This document shows, one piece after another, positions 26,155-39,959 of a stretch of DNA of 61,997 bases. Origin of the DNA: Coniocarpon cinnabarinum (lineage: Eukaryota); assembly GCA_051942205.1 (NCBI GenBank), contig JAVECO010000142.1, positions 1 to 61,997 on the forward strand, read 5' to 3'. The notes beneath the pieces were generated by a model, which worked only from the letters and a program-made list of their open reading frames with translations, was not told the DNA's origin and did not search any database. The position numbers and the translations under genes are program-made. How positions within the stretch are numbered: the stretch's first letter is position 1; every line of letters begins with the position of its first letter.

Positions 26155-27141
26155 ATGCAGCTCAACATGGAACTTGCGAAGCTCCTAACCTTGCTGTCAA
26201 TATCAGTTACAGCCGTTAATGGCGCTGCAGACGTACGTCTTCCCCACTCACATTCTCCCACGATTAGAGAAATAACACCTCTATACAGGCTCAAGAGCCC
26301 CTAGCCGACGAAGCCGACAACCCAACACACTCACCCAACCTTAACGTCAACCTCACCACGACCTTCCCCTCCGCCGAAGTCTTCGGCGTCAAACTGGTAA
26401 ACGGCCTCCGCAACGACGCCGTCATCTCCCTCACGAACCATGAGCCCTTCCCAGTGACGTTGCAATTCGTGGGCGGCTCGCTCTGGACGCCGGATCTTGC
26501 GCAGCCCGAAAGTCCGCCTCAGCTCGTGCGCAACCTGACGGCTGTCCGCTTCGGGGCGACGGTGCCGGCCGGCGAAAGCGAGACCTTTGACTATGGCATC
26601 ACGATGGAGATGCATCCTGCGGATTTATTGCTCAAGATTGGGGCCGTGTTGAGCGACGGGGAGGGGAGTCGGTTTTTTTCGGTGAACGCGTTTGAGGGAG
26701 ATGTGAGCGTGGTGGAGAGACCTCAGAGTATTTTGGATCCGCAGGTGTAGGTTGACCCCTCCGTCTCCTCTGCCTGATTTTACAAATGGAAGTTGATACT
26801 GACGCATGCTTAGGATCTTCCTCTACCTGATTCTCCTGTCTGCGTTTGCGGGCACCGCCTACTTCGTCTACAGCACGTGGATCTCCACGCTGTTCCCGCA
26901 GCAGAAGCGCGGACGCAAGGGGAAGGGCGGCGAAAGGGCCAAGGCGTCGAGCGGTGGCAGCAAGCCTGTCGATCCGACTCAGCAAGTTGCTGTGGCGGGA
27001 GCGGATGGGCCCGCTGTCACGACGTCTAGCAAGGCGTATGATGAGAGCTGGATCCCGCAGCACCATATTCAGCGCCCAGAAGCGAAGCGGATCAAGAGCG
27101 GGACGCCCACGGGCGTGCAGAGGAAGAAGACGGGGACGTAG
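26155..27141 (+). CDS. Translocon-associated protein alpha (TRAP-alpha/SSR1/IRC22-like); introns 26233-26288 and 26747-26813
   Basis: Signal peptide, EVFGVKLVNG, VRNLTA, SILDPQ/VIFLYLILL TM segment, YDESWIPQHHI tail. Confidence 0.85.
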
Positions 27142-27337
27142 TGGAGAGGATGAAATATTGATTTTTGCGGACGACGAAGATACGTTGCGAGAAAAGGTGC
27201 GGGCGTGCGAACTTAGGGGCTGTCTTGCGTTGAGCGGTATTGAATATGAGTGTGTTCCATGCGCTTTACGCGTCAATGCATTTGTACAGTATACTCCAAT
27301 ATGTGCTATTTGTACATCATGATGTTGTCAGACATGC

Positions 27338-29581
27338 TCAGGTGGGATCTATCATTTCGACATCGCTGTCCTCGAGCACAATCGCAGAACCGATGGTCCT
27401 TCCTTCGTCTGGGACCCTTGCTGTCAACGCCGCTAAGTCTCTTTCCACGATACTCGTCGAATGTAGTCCGTAAAGACGCCGCCAGCCGTGCTTGCACTGG
27501 TCGCAGCCAATGTGATAATCACCCATGCCTTCATTTTCACATCGAACGCCGAACTCCTGAATGCATGCTTCAAACGGTAGACTGACAGCTGGATGACCAA
27601 GCTTGCTCCTTTCCCTGTTCCAATGTGGGAATTGTTCGCTCCCACGCCGGCTTTGTGCTGGAGAATGCTGCTCTGATGACGACTTGCTTGAGGCTTCTTT
27701 GGCGTTTGGTAGCTCAGCCCCCATGAGGGCAAAGAATTTCTCTTGGGCCTTGTCAAGTGCCTTTTGATCGTCTTCATCGTAAATGATCGCGCGAGCAGGT
27801 AGTCCAAAAAGCGACTCACCTGCTTCATTGTCTACGTGGATGGAAATGGTTTCGAGATCACGGTCACGCAGAGAACGACGATCTTGCTCTCCAGATATGG
27901 CAAGTAACATCACGTCCCATTGGTATTGCTGGTTCGGGGGAGAGGTAGCGCCGGATGGTTCGACAGGTCTGACAAAATCCCAGACGTCTTTCGGATGGTA
28001 ATCGGCCACACGTAGTAGTACGCGGTGATTTACGTTCACGAAGGGGACCTCGATAAGAGCTGTTGCAATGCCGTTTTCGAGAGGAACGACGATCTGGCGT
28101 TTTGGGTTATGGAGAACGTCATCGAATGAAGAATATTGGTTGCTCCGACTCGTCGAGATCCGTTGGTTGGCCCAAGGCGGACGTGGATGCGGCGATTTTG
28201 CGTTGCCGTCCTGCACGTGATTGTTCCCAGTCTTTGACGGATCCCGCTGCACCAGCTTGGCGGCACTCTCATCAGCGACTATTTCAGGAGCAATGTTTGG
28301 TCCCGAAGCGCTGGTGATCGGCTTCACTGAGCTATTACCACGCTGTTCAGCCTCTTGGCGCTCGCGCTCTTTTCGTACCTTTTTCTCTTTCTTCTTCTTG
28401 TTGGTTGCAGCCTTCGTATTTTCGACTGCTGTTGCAGCTGGCACTCCAAAGTGGATCTCCTTCCTTTGCATCATTTGCACGACGCGGGCGTCTCTTGGAT
28501 CGGGTTTCACGGCATGTATCTTGTCTAGATATTTTCGATCGGGCCACAAAGTCCCTTCAAGTCCTTCACCGCTGTTTGCCATTTTGCAGCGAACATTACG
28601 CAACATGATGAGCTCCTTCTCAACGAAGTGTGCTCGGATTGCTTCTCTGTGCGGCATGTGAACCTCAACCTTCAGAGTCATCCTCCCAAGAGGCCCAGAA
28701 AAAGTGCGATTGTTGTACGAATTGATCGTCTCCTGTCGATCATAAAGCAAGGGCGATGCCGTGTAATCGGTGACATACACGTCTAGATAATTATAGCTAT
28801 CGAATATCTTGACAATCTCTCCGATTATTGTGGCGCTGTACGCTTGTGGAGTCAAGTCTTTGAGCTGCAAGTAGCGTTGATCGAAAAATGAGGCTGGTTG
28901 AAAATCCTGCGGGGCTCGCGGAGCGGTTTGCGGATTGTTGGGGTACACATTGTGCATGGGTGGCTGTTGCTGAGCAGCAAGTTGTGGGTGAAAGGTTCCT
29001 CTTTGATGAGGCATTGCCGTCGTATCCAGCACAGAGGTGGCCGATTGATCTTCGTAATCTCTGAGAGTTCTACCTAATCTGGTGGCATAATCGACAAGTT
29101 CTTTGCTCGCATCTCCGGTGTTCTCAGGACGAAGATATGTGGCCTTCCCATGCGGCTCTACCACCTCGAGACCGTGGCGAATGCTCGGATCAAGCAGACC
29201 TTCACTGAGGAACACTGCAAACGTTGTACCATACTCGCTCAGCCCACGTCTCTCTCCCTGCCAGGTTACGGCTTTAAGACGTCTGAAGAATATGACGTCT
29301 CCTGTTCTCTCGACTGGGGGAAACAAGGCAGTTTCGCGACTGAAAAGCTTTATGATAAGCACATTGGGCTTGCGTTTTGTGAAGTCGGGGTTTAGGTCTT
29401 CGTAGACGTCTTTGATCGTGATTACTTTCTGGTAGTCTATGCCCTTGCTTCTCGTCGTGGGCAGGTAATCGACGACAAGCCCACAGACGTTGGCAACACT
29501 TCTTTCGGGGAGCAGATGAAATTTGTAGATTTCCGATATGTCTTCTGGTAACGGGGAGGGTCTGGAATGTTTCTTGGGCAT
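27338..29581 (-). CDS. POT1: Telomere ssDNA-binding OB-fold protein Pot1
   Basis: NVCGLVVDYLPTTRSKGIDY and GDVIFFRRLK (OB1); GEIVK..LDVYVTDYT..GPLGRMTLKV..LRNVRCK (OB2); FEACIQEFGV near the C-terminus. Confidence 0.82.
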   Translation of the reverse strand: MPKKHSRPSPLPEDISEIYKFHLLPERSVANVCGLVVDYLPTTRSKGIDYQKVITIKDVYEDLNPDFTKRKPNVLIIKLFSRETALFPPVERTGDVIFFRRLKAVTWQGERRGLSEYGTTFAVFLSEGLLDPSIRHGLEVVEPHGKATYLRPENTGDASKELVDYATRLGRTLRDYEDQSATSVLDTTAMPHQRGTFHPQLAAQQQPPMHNVYPNNPQTAPRAPQDFQPASFFDQRYLQLKDLTPQAYSATIIGEIVKIFDSYNYLDVYVTDYTASPLLYDRQETINSYNNRTFSGPLGRMTLKVEVHMPHREAIRAHFVEKELIMLRNVRCKMANSGEGLEGTLWPDRKYLDKIHAVKPDPRDARVVQMMQRKEIHFGVPAATAVENTKAATNKKKKEKKVRKERERQEAEQRGNSSVKPITSASGPNIAPEIVADESAAKLVQRDPSKTGNNHVQDGNAKSPHPRPPWANQRISTSRSNQYSSFDDVLHNPKRQIVVPLENGIATALIEVPFVNVNHRVLLRVADYHPKDVWDFVRPVEPSGATSPPNQQYQWDVMLLAISGEQDRRSLRDRDLETISIHVDNEAGESLFGLPARAIIYDEDDQKALDKAQEKFFALMGAELPNAKEASSKSSSEQHSPAQSRRGSEQFPHWNRERSKLGHPAVSLPFEACIQEFGVRCENEGMGDYHIGCDQCKHGWRRLYGLHSTSIVERDLAALTARVPDEGRTIGSAIVLEDSDVEMIDPT

Positions 29582-29742
29582 GTCAATGTAGCAGCACGTA
29601 CCCGCACAAGCTCTCACTGTTTCAAATCGCAGCGTTGCGATTGGCCATCAGAGAGCCTAGTAGTGGCCATAGCCCGACACGGAAGAAGATCGAATGCTCG
29701 TCCGAGCCAGAGAGCGCTCTGAGAAAGACCCTCGACACTCTG

Positions 29743-29830
29743 ACGCGTGAAAAATGGATCTCTCGACGTCTTCAACACTTCACCTGCACTGCGTGACTGC
29801 GACGCGTTGTTTAGACAGATGAGTCACGTG
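29743..29830. promoter_or_regulatory. Divergent POT1/importin-alpha promoter with two MCB boxes (ACGCGT) and a GTCACGTG E-box
   Basis: ACGCGT at 29743-29748 and 29802-29807; GTCACGTG at 29823-29830. Confidence 0.55.
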
Positions 29831-30282
29831 CTTGCCTTACGACGAGTCCCGCACTGACCTGGCTTAGCGTCTCTTTTTAGCTTCCGTGAGCACACGAGCT
29901 GTTGTCACGAAGTTCTGTTCAATTCAAATCTTGATTCCCTCTCTATCGCTGGGCGAGGCGCTGTCTTGCAAACATTCACTGACCCTCCTACAGCTTGAAA
30001 GCGACGAACAGCTGCACCAAGTCGATGCGTATGCTTTGCGGCTTCGCGTCCCACCTGACACTGTCGGGCGTCGTGTACCTTCAGCGGTCGTGAAAGGCGT
30101 CCGTGCAGGCTTGGCGCAGAGGCAGCCTGTGCATCGATTCTTTCTTTCAGATTGGCGCCCCTCTTCCTGGCACCTCTGCTCCATCGTCGCTTTCTCGACA
30201 TCTCGCAACTCCTTGTCCACTTTTCGTGAACTTGTCTGGCATCTCATCGCAACTTCAGTGACTCAGAGCCGAGACCGCAACC

Positions 30283-32064
30283 ATGTCGGAGAAGTATATC
30301 CCCGAGCATAGGCGCAACAACTACAAAGCCAAAGGCCAATTCAAGCCAGAAGAACTCCGCCGTCGTCGCGAGGAGCAGCAGGTCGAGCTCCGCAAGCAGA
30401 AGCGGGAGGAAAACTTGGCCAAGCGCCGTGGCATTGGCCTGGGCGCTACTCCTGGCGCTGCATTGGGCGCTGCTCCTGATAGTGATGATGAGGGCGTCAA
30501 CATAGAGAACCAGGTGAGTCACTGTCATTTCGTTGCAATTCTACCAGTATAGCGGACAAGCCCCATGTTATGCAGCATTGTCGTCTCCTCTTGCCTGGTT
30601 CTAAGCTAACTTCTATTGCAGTTATCAGAAGAACTTCCTCAGATGGTGGATGGTGTTTTCTCAGATCAGATCGACGCACAGATTCAAGCTACAACGAAAT
30701 TTCGAAAGCTATTATCAAAGGAGCGCAACCCGCCCATAGAGAAGGTCATCGCCACTGGCGTGGTCGATCGCTTCGTTGAGTTCCTCAGATCCCCGCACAC
30801 CTTGGTGCAATTCGAAGCCGCGTGGGCATTGACCAACATTGCCTCGGGCTCCGCCGATCAGACTCAGGTGGTCATCGAGGCTGGTGCAGTACCGATTTTT
30901 GTCGAGCTTTTAGGGTCACAAGAGCCCGATGTGCGGGAGCAAGCAGTTTGGGCCCTGGGCAACATTGCTGGTGACAGCCCGACATGCCGGGACTTTGTGC
31001 TCAAATGTGGCGCTTTGCGACCTCTGTTACTCCTCTTGGGTGACAGTCGTAAGCTGAGCATGCTCCGCAACGCAACGTGGACGCTGAGCAATTTCTGCCG
31101 CGGAAAGACCCCACAACCAGACTGGGACACTATTGCTCCAGCACTGCCCGTGCTTGCTAAACTCGTATACTCCCTTGACGATGAGGTGCTTATTGACGCA
31201 TGTTGGGCCATCTCGTACCTGTCTGATGGGTCAAACGACAAGATCCAAGCCGTTATCGAAGCTACGATCCCCCGCCGACTCGTTGAGTTACTAATGCACT
31301 CATCAACTTCTGTACAAACACCAGCGTTGCGATCCGTCGGCAACATTGTCACAGGAGATGATGTCCAAACTCAAGTTATCATCAACAGTGGCGCTCTGCC
31401 TGCCCTTCTCTCACTGTTGTCCTCTACGAAAGATGGCATCCGCAAGGAAGCCTGCTGGACCATTTCCAACATAACGGCCGGAAATCAAACTCAGATACAG
31501 GCCGTCATTGACGCCCAAATCCTTCCACCATTGATCCACTTGCTCGCTAATGGCGATTTCAAGACACGTAAGGAAGCTTGCTGGGCCATCTCAAACGCTA
31601 CGTCAGGCGGTCTTCAAAAGCCAGAGCAAATTCGATATCTTGTGCAATGTGGTGCAATCAAGCCTCTCTGTGACTTACTTGTTTGCCCGGATAATAAGAT
31701 CATCCAAGTTGCTCTCGACGGTCTTGAGAACATCTTGAAGATCGGCGAGTCAGACAAAGAGCAAAACATGGGTGAGGGACAGGGAGGCACCATCAACCGA
31801 TATGCTCTGTACATTGAAGAATGTGCCGGTATGGAGAAGATTCATGAGTGCCAAAACAATGCGAACGAAGAAATCTACATGAAAGCCTACACGATCATCG
31901 AAAAGTACTTCAGCGATGATGACGAGGCTGGCGACATCAACGAGCTGGCTCCGCAAGCCGGTGCCGAGGGAACTTACGGTTTCGGTCAGCAGCCCCAGCA
32001 ACCTGCCGCTGCTCAAGCTGGAGGATTTAGCTTTGGTGGCGGTGAAGCCTCCATGGAAATGTGA
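30283..32064 (+). CDS. SRP1: Importin subunit alpha (karyopherin alpha); intron 30514-30621
   Basis: IBB domain ([27 protein letters not shown]) and ARM repeats ([40 protein letters not shown]). Confidence 0.98.
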
Positions 32065-33329
32065 AGCCCGCAAATGATCGAACTGCGTATCGCAATTCCC
32101 GGCGAAATGAAGATGATCTCCAACCCGACAGAGCATGAGATTACAACGTCTCGAGTCATCCACGACGACGAGGAGCGCAGCAATACAAGCTCCAGCGCGA
32201 ACCCCTCCCCGACGACCCCAGCCAACTCCCCCCTCCTCATTCATCCAGAGTATCACGCCAGCGCAGCACCTTTTAGTCGGAGATATAGGCCTGGCCGACT
32301 CAACCCTACGAAGACGCAGGGGAGAAAGCAAAAGGCCTCTAGGACTTGGAAGAAAGGTGGTAACCCCATTCCAAACCAGCACGCACCACATTAAGCACGC
32401 TGATTTGCATGTCATGTAATCCCAAATATGAATCAGACCGCGAACACCATTCACGAGCACTTCTCATTCGCTGTCTCCTATTTCTCTTGTATCTGGGTCC
32501 TATGCTATCGTAGAGTCCTTAATGCTTTGTTTTGCTGGAGTCGACCGTGGAGCTGACCTAGTAAGTCAAGCGACCAACAGAATCATCAGCCAGACATGTT
32601 CACGGTCTGTGAACACTCGTTCAATGACACTGATGATTGCAGTGATAAGAAACAAGCTTCGCTAGTCACGCAGTTCTGGCTCGGGAAGCGGGCCCCGACT
32701 AGTTTGGCTAAGCTGCTACCTGGGTAAGACGCATTTTGTATTACTCGGACAGGGTACTGCGTATGTCGCGTCCGACGGGAGCTTTGCAGGAATAGTCAGA
32801 GCGCCCTGGTCGAGAGTTGTGACCGTGTCGAACTCCCAAGGAGGGGCATATGTGGCTACTCTGAGGTCAAGCTATGAAAGGCTTTTGAATTCAAGGCATC
32901 TCTCTTGACCCTGTTGAGGAAAAGACAGAGTTGGAGAGATTCGCAAGCAACTCATAATTCACACTCGCGGCCCAATGACAGCCAAGGAAGCGTTCAATGC
33001 TGAACATCGTTTTTCTTGCAGTGTAGTAGAGATGATCTTACTTGGCGATGCTTGCGCTCTGTTAAATTGTAATCATGTTTTAGGTGCCCGCCCCATTCTA
33101 TTGTAAGGTCCGCGAGACGTCACGTGAGCACGCGAAGCAATCTCGTTGCTATGCAGACAACGCCTATTTGGGCAAGAAAAACAACAGGGACTCAAATGAG
33201 AATAACGGCGCCGGCGCTAACGTGCTAGTCGCTGTCGATGCATTTGTTCGCTTCTGAATGTACAATCTCTTGCGGCAGCGCTCTTCAGAAACCTTGAGGA
33301 TTACATGTCAGCTGTTCGAGGAAGTTGCG

Positions 33330-35296
33330 ATGGATTACAGGTTTGGAAGTCCGCACAGTCCCTCCCTCTTTGACTACGACAGACGCTCTCCCATTCCTTC
33401 CACAGCGTCAACGCCGTCATTGAGGTCGCCGAACCCGGTGTATATGTCTACTATGCGCGGGAATGAACCTCAGGGTGGCAATGTCAAGGTTGTGGTCCGT
33501 GTGCGCAAGTTCCTGCCGAGGGGTGAGTACGACATTGGCGATCTTGAAAGCGCTACTTCTGACAAACGTGTTCAGAAACAGAGCGCGGGGCAGAATGTCT
33601 CGTCGAGATGAACCCCAAGACCGAAGAAACCACTCTTCTTCCCCCGGACTCGGAGGATCCAGCAAATAGTAAAACAAACTCGCGCAAAATCGTTGAGCCA
33701 AAAACGTTCACGTTTGACAAGTCATATTGGTCGCATGAACGAGCCGACGAACACTATGCAAGCCAAGAAGAGATTTACAACTCGCTCGGCGAGGAGATGC
33801 TGGACCACAACTTTGAAGGATATCACACGTGTATCTTCGCGTACGGACAGACAGGATCAGGCAAGAGTTATACCATGATGGGCACACATGAAGAGCAGGG
33901 CATCATCCCACGCACGTGTCAAGACCTGTTTGAGCGCATCGAATCCAACGAGTCCCCAAATATCTCCTACAGTGTGCGAGTCTCCTACTTTGAGGTCTAC
34001 AACGAGCACGTACGCGATCTGCTCGTTCCTAGAGCTGATCCCCCCTGTTATTTGAAGATCAGGGAATCGCCCACCGAAGGACCATACATCAAAGACCTCA
34101 CTGACCAGCCTGTGCGAAATTACGGCGACATTGTGAGAATTATGCAGAAAGGGGACTTGAGTCGGACTACAGCCTCAACAAAGATGAACGATACTTCTTC
34201 CAGATCACACGCTGTATTTACAATCATGCTAAAACAAATACATGCGGACTTGGCCACAGACGAAACGACGGAGCGCGTGGCGAGGATAAGACTTGTCGAT
34301 CTGGCAGGCTCTGAGCGCCAAAAAGCAACGCAGGCTGTTGGCCAGCGTTTACGTGAAGGGTCAAATATCAACAAGAGTTTGACGTCGCTTGGACGAGTTA
34401 TAGCTGCTCTCGCTGACGCATCGACGAGAAGTGCTAGTCCGAAGAAAAAGGGACGTCAACCAAAAGATGTTGTACCCTACCGTGACTCGATACTCACCTG
34501 GCTTCTCAAAGACAGCCTGGGCGGCAACTCCAAAACGGCCATGATCGCCTGCGTGGCTCCATCTGACTATGATGAAACACTCTCAACTTTGCGGTACGCT
34601 GATCAAGCCAAACGCATTAAGACACATGCCGTCGTCAACCAGGACCACATCTCCTCAGCTGAACGCGATGCGCAAATAAACGAAATGCAAGATATGATAC
34701 AGAAGCTTCAACATGATCTCTCTCAACGCGATGCGCGGGAACGCTCGCTCATGCAGCAAGCAGCCACCAACTCACAAGCTGCGGCTTTAAAGAAAGATCA
34801 TGAGGCACAGACACAGCAGTTGGAAGAGTATCATCAGTACGTGAAGAAGATGCAGCAGACTATGGATGAAACGAAGCAAGTGTCGGAGAGTAAGATCCAA
34901 GCTCTTAGAACAGAAAATGAGGCTCTTCAAAGACATCTGAAACTTGCTCTAGACAGCTTGAAGAATCCGGTGATTGTACCCGAGCCTACGCCAGCGCCCA
35001 TGCCGGCGCCTGCGCCTGCGTTTGACGATGAGCCTGCAGAGGAACCACCGAAACAACCGCTTGAGGAGTATGGCGAGATATTCGAGAGGGAGGCTACGCC
35101 AGAGCCTCGAATTGTGCAGGAGGAATGGGACGACGGGTCTGACACCGACGTTGACGACTCTGAAGCACACGAAATTCATGGAGAGATGGCAGAATTGCTC
35201 AGCGACCTCGGAGTATTTAAGCGCAAGCTGGTGGATGATCATTCACGATTTCTGCCTACGTCTTTAGAGCAGCACATGCAGCTAGTCAAAGTGTAG
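33330..35296 (+). CDS. Kinesin-3 family motor, short fungal type (UncB/Nkin3-like); intron 33523-33575
   Basis: NVKVVVRVR, YGQTGSGKSYTM, SSRSHAVF, LVDLAGSER, VPYRDSILTWLLKDSLGGNSKT, ETLSTLRYADQAK; short coiled-coil tail with no recognisable FHA or PH domain. Confidence 0.93.
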
Positions 35297-35500
35297 AGCT
35301 CGCAGATCCTGGGTCTGTTTGAATACCTATCATATAGGGAATATCTCCGAGCGGTCTCACGAAGAGCCCCACTTTGGTCATTGGGAAGTCTCGAAGCCCC
35401 GCCGAACAAACTATTATTTACCAACCCCATTCGAACACAGCAACTTCAGTCGCATACTGCACCCGCCACTACAGAACTTTTTTGATTGCAAAACGCCAGG

Positions 35501-36609
<1,109 letters not shown>

Positions 36610-37038
36610 GGAGAAGAAGCCCATGGTGAGCGTGAATTTGACAGTGTTGGCATTTCATCCCGTAGGCAGGACCAGACAATAGTTTGGAAGAGCCGCTGTA
36701 TGGAGTGGTGGAAAGAAACATTTTCGGTAGAATCAATGGAAACGAACATGCCCTCTACCGCTCAGACGTCACTTTGCGATGGGATGGACTTTGATATGTC
36801 ATTGAGGTAGCAGAATGTAGAAGACTCGAACTGGCATCAGTGATGCTCTCAACATCTGAAACATCTAGAGATCTGATCTATCATAGCCTTGTTTCTTGTG
36901 AAACACCCGATGTGTTTAAGCTGTGGCCATAGCTTTTCTCAAAATTGACGTCATTTGCTGCCAGAGGTAGCTTTTACTCAGCACATGAATCCATTGCTGA
37001 AGGTACTGAGCATCGTAATAGTGGGGATTGCTTTGCTC

Positions 37039-38180
37039 ATGAGTCTTCTACGAACCATCTCAAGACCATCTGTACAAGCTGTGAAATCGGCAAACAGACG
37101 CACCATGCATATCGAATCCATCCCAATGTGTAAGACGACTTTCAATGTCTAGAGAACGACTAGCTGGCTAAATCGCGCAGCCGTTGGCAAGTCCAACAAC
37201 TATGCCTATCTCGTTTCGGACGACAAGAGCAAAGAGGCGGTGATCATTGACCCTGCGTTCCCTGAAGAGTCTGTCCCCGTCTCGGGTCCGCAAGCTACTA
37301 GCTAGTCTGACCATCCCTCAGTGTCCTCACCCTCCTTGCGGATCGAGTGAAAAACGGCATCAACCTCAGAAACATAATTAATACACACCAGTCTGTCATT
37401 CCCTGTCTCAACCTCTTAAGTACGCGAAATAGACTGACGCATTGTCCCTAAAGTCACTGGGATCACGCCGGCGGCAACGCCGAGACCCTCAAATCATACC
37501 CGCTCTCTATCCTCGGCGGCAAAGACTGCGCCCACGTCACTACTACACCCGCTCACAACGCCAAATTCCCTCTTTCTTCCGGCTCATCCATCAAGATAAC
37601 ACCCCTGCATACGCCCTGCCACACTCAAGACTCGATCTGCTGGTTCTTCGAGGACAGCGACGCCAACCAGCGCGCTGTCTTCACGGGCGACACGCTCTTC
37701 ACGGGCGGCTGCGGACGGTTCTTCGAAGGTACGCCGAAGGAGATGGATACGGCGTTGAATGAGGTGCTAGCGGGGCTGCCGGATGATACTAAGGTGTATC
37801 CGGGACATGAATACACGAAGGGCAACGTGAAGTTTGGGTGGAGTGTGCTCAAGAATGAGGCAATGACGAGGCTGAAGGAGTTCAGTGATAGTAATGGTCG
37901 GACGGAAGGACGGTTCACGATTGGAGATGAGAAGGGGTATAATGTGTTTATGCGGTTGCAGGTGAGTTGAGCTGATGTCTTGTCCGGACTTTCGTCGAGG
38001 TTGTGTGGCGATAAAGGTCTGCTTCCTTTGATGGACCACGGACTTGGCGGTAATTTTGCGCAATACCATTCATACACTCTGCTAATTTCATGACAGGACC
38101 CTGAGATTCAAAAAGCAACGGGTGAAACTGATCGCGTCGCTGTGATGGGCAAGCTAAGAGAAATGAAGAACAACAGCTGA
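37039..38180 (+). CDS. GLO2: Hydroxyacylglutathione hydrolase (glyoxalase II); introns 37130-37180, 37269-37321, 37391-37453 and 37962-38096; second in-frame ATG at 37105
   Basis: MHIESIPM..NNYAYLV, spliced THHHWDHAGGN metal motif, HTPCHTQDSIC, FTGDTLFTGGCGRFFEG, YPGHEYT, MGKLREMKN. Confidence 0.95.
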
Positions 38181-38984
38181 GTCCTTCCATGTAAACCAAT
38201 ATGACAGCTCCTATCCGCAAGAAATTTCCTAACGAAGACCAGAAGCCCCCTGGAATGCGCATAATTGCAATAAGTACGTGGTGATGTTACTGTTCCACAA
38301 TGTGCTCCTTCAACAGAAGAATAGGGGTCCAAATTCGCGTCTGTCCTCTCTTGTCGACTTGTGGAGCTTCCCCAAGCACCTAAAAGAGCTGAAATCACCG
38401 CCAGCGTAATTGCTCAATGCGAGTTCTGCCGTCACAAAGCCAAGACGAGTGTCATTTTGACCTCTCTCAAGGATGCATAGTGGTCTTCAATCTTACCTAC
38501 CTCATACACTTTACCCAGGCATGCACTTGGAAGTCATGTGCCACCGCTGCATTCATTGTATTGGCAGAGCCCCATGTAAAGCCCACACCAAAGGAGGCTG
38601 ACCCGTAGCCCTGTGAGAGCCAATTCCTCGGTGTATGTGGCCTGCAGTAGCTCCAATGCTTACTTTCATTTGAGTACCGTGTTGTCAAGTTGCACAAGCA
38701 GACATGGTATCCGGGTGCAACAGAGACATGTGATCTGTCCTCGTAGAACGCACGGGCGTCCCTGTCGGTAAGTTGCCCCAATCGTTCGTACAGCAATGAC
38801 CATTGCTGTCAAGTTAGAACTTGTGCAGACTGACTAGCTGCCTCCAAATTCCGTGTATGCTACGCCGCCATTTAAAACATTTAGGCAAGAAACTCAAAGG
38901 CCGACACAGGCCAACGACTTCAACTTCAACCTTACAATCAAGCCTTGAGCAGAGGCGCCCACAGCAACCTGTAGCAGCTTCAGG

Positions 38985-39700
38985 GATAAAACCATCTTAC
39001 CCTTCACTATCGCCTACCTGGCACAACGACACATAAGATGCTATATCGCCCAGTCGTGAGGCCCTTAGTTAGATAGAGAAATTGGTGATTGTTAGAACTC
39101 ACTGCCATCTCCCACAGACACCGTGCTGACTACGTGAAGGCCGGCGTCATTGGCCAGAGTATCGCCCTTGCATTTGCCGAAGCTGGCGCTAAGAGGCTCG
39201 TACTGGTTGGCCGCATAGAGGCTACACTCGCTAATACCAAATCTCTTATCAAAGGCAACTGCCAGTGTCTGTCTACGTCGCCGATGTGAGCGATGAGCCT
39301 GCTATTACAGCAGCTGCTAAGGCTTTAGGAACATGAGACATCTTCATCATGAACGCTGGCTACATTCCTAAGCCTTCGACTATTGAAAATGCGGATATAA
39401 AAGAATACGAGAGAACGTACAAGATCCGAGCTTCAGGATATAAGTTATTCGCCTGCCCCCTGTTTCTCCAATGTGGCACCATTCGTTTTGCCTAGACTTA
39501 CTCACACAACCACCCTCAATAACAACCCTCGCGGCTCATTTTATGGTGTAGTTATCTTCAGAAAAGGCCGCTTTTCTAAAAGAACGCTTCGTGTTTTCCA
39601 ATTGGGACGTCGACGAGCTCGAAGAGAGGGCGAAGGAGATCCAAGAGATGAACCTGATGACTCCCACCTTCACTGGTTGGCCGTACGAGTTTGGCCCACA
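38985..39700 (+). pseudogene. Degenerate short-chain dehydrogenase/reductase
   Basis: Fragments WHNDT*DAISPSREALS*IEKLVIV, GVIGQSIALAFAEAGAKRLVLVGR, GT*DIFIMNAGY and V*LSSEKAAFLKERFVFSNWDVDELEERAKEI...GWP. Stops at 39034, 39070, 39334 and 39549, plus frameshifts; the central catalytic region is not found. Confidence 0.8.
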
Positions 39701-39959
39701 CGCCCGAGGCTGAGACCAAATTCTGAATCCTTAAGCGGAAACTAGGAGAAAACTTACATCGCAGTAGCGAATTATATCGGCCGGGCTTGATGCTCTCAAA
39801 GTCGATCGACGCAAAGAGCGCGGCTATATCGTCCAACCCACTTTGCCAATGCGACCCACGCTCAAGTATGAAGCAAAAAAGTCATGTGGCATATATCTCG
39901 AGACAACCGTAAGCGTTCAGACTTCTGACTATGTTTCTGATTCTCCAAGCTCCGCGCTG

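Noticed and set aside
31750..32460. 236-aa minus-strand ORF overlapping the importin-alpha 3' end
   Set aside because: Antisense to the CDS and 3' UTR, with a non-ATG start and composition unlike a protein.
38497..38796. 99-aa ORF in the accessory island, and a 122-aa ORF at 40773-41141
   Set aside because: They may be further gene debris, but I could not assign any family by eye; tBLASTx is needed.
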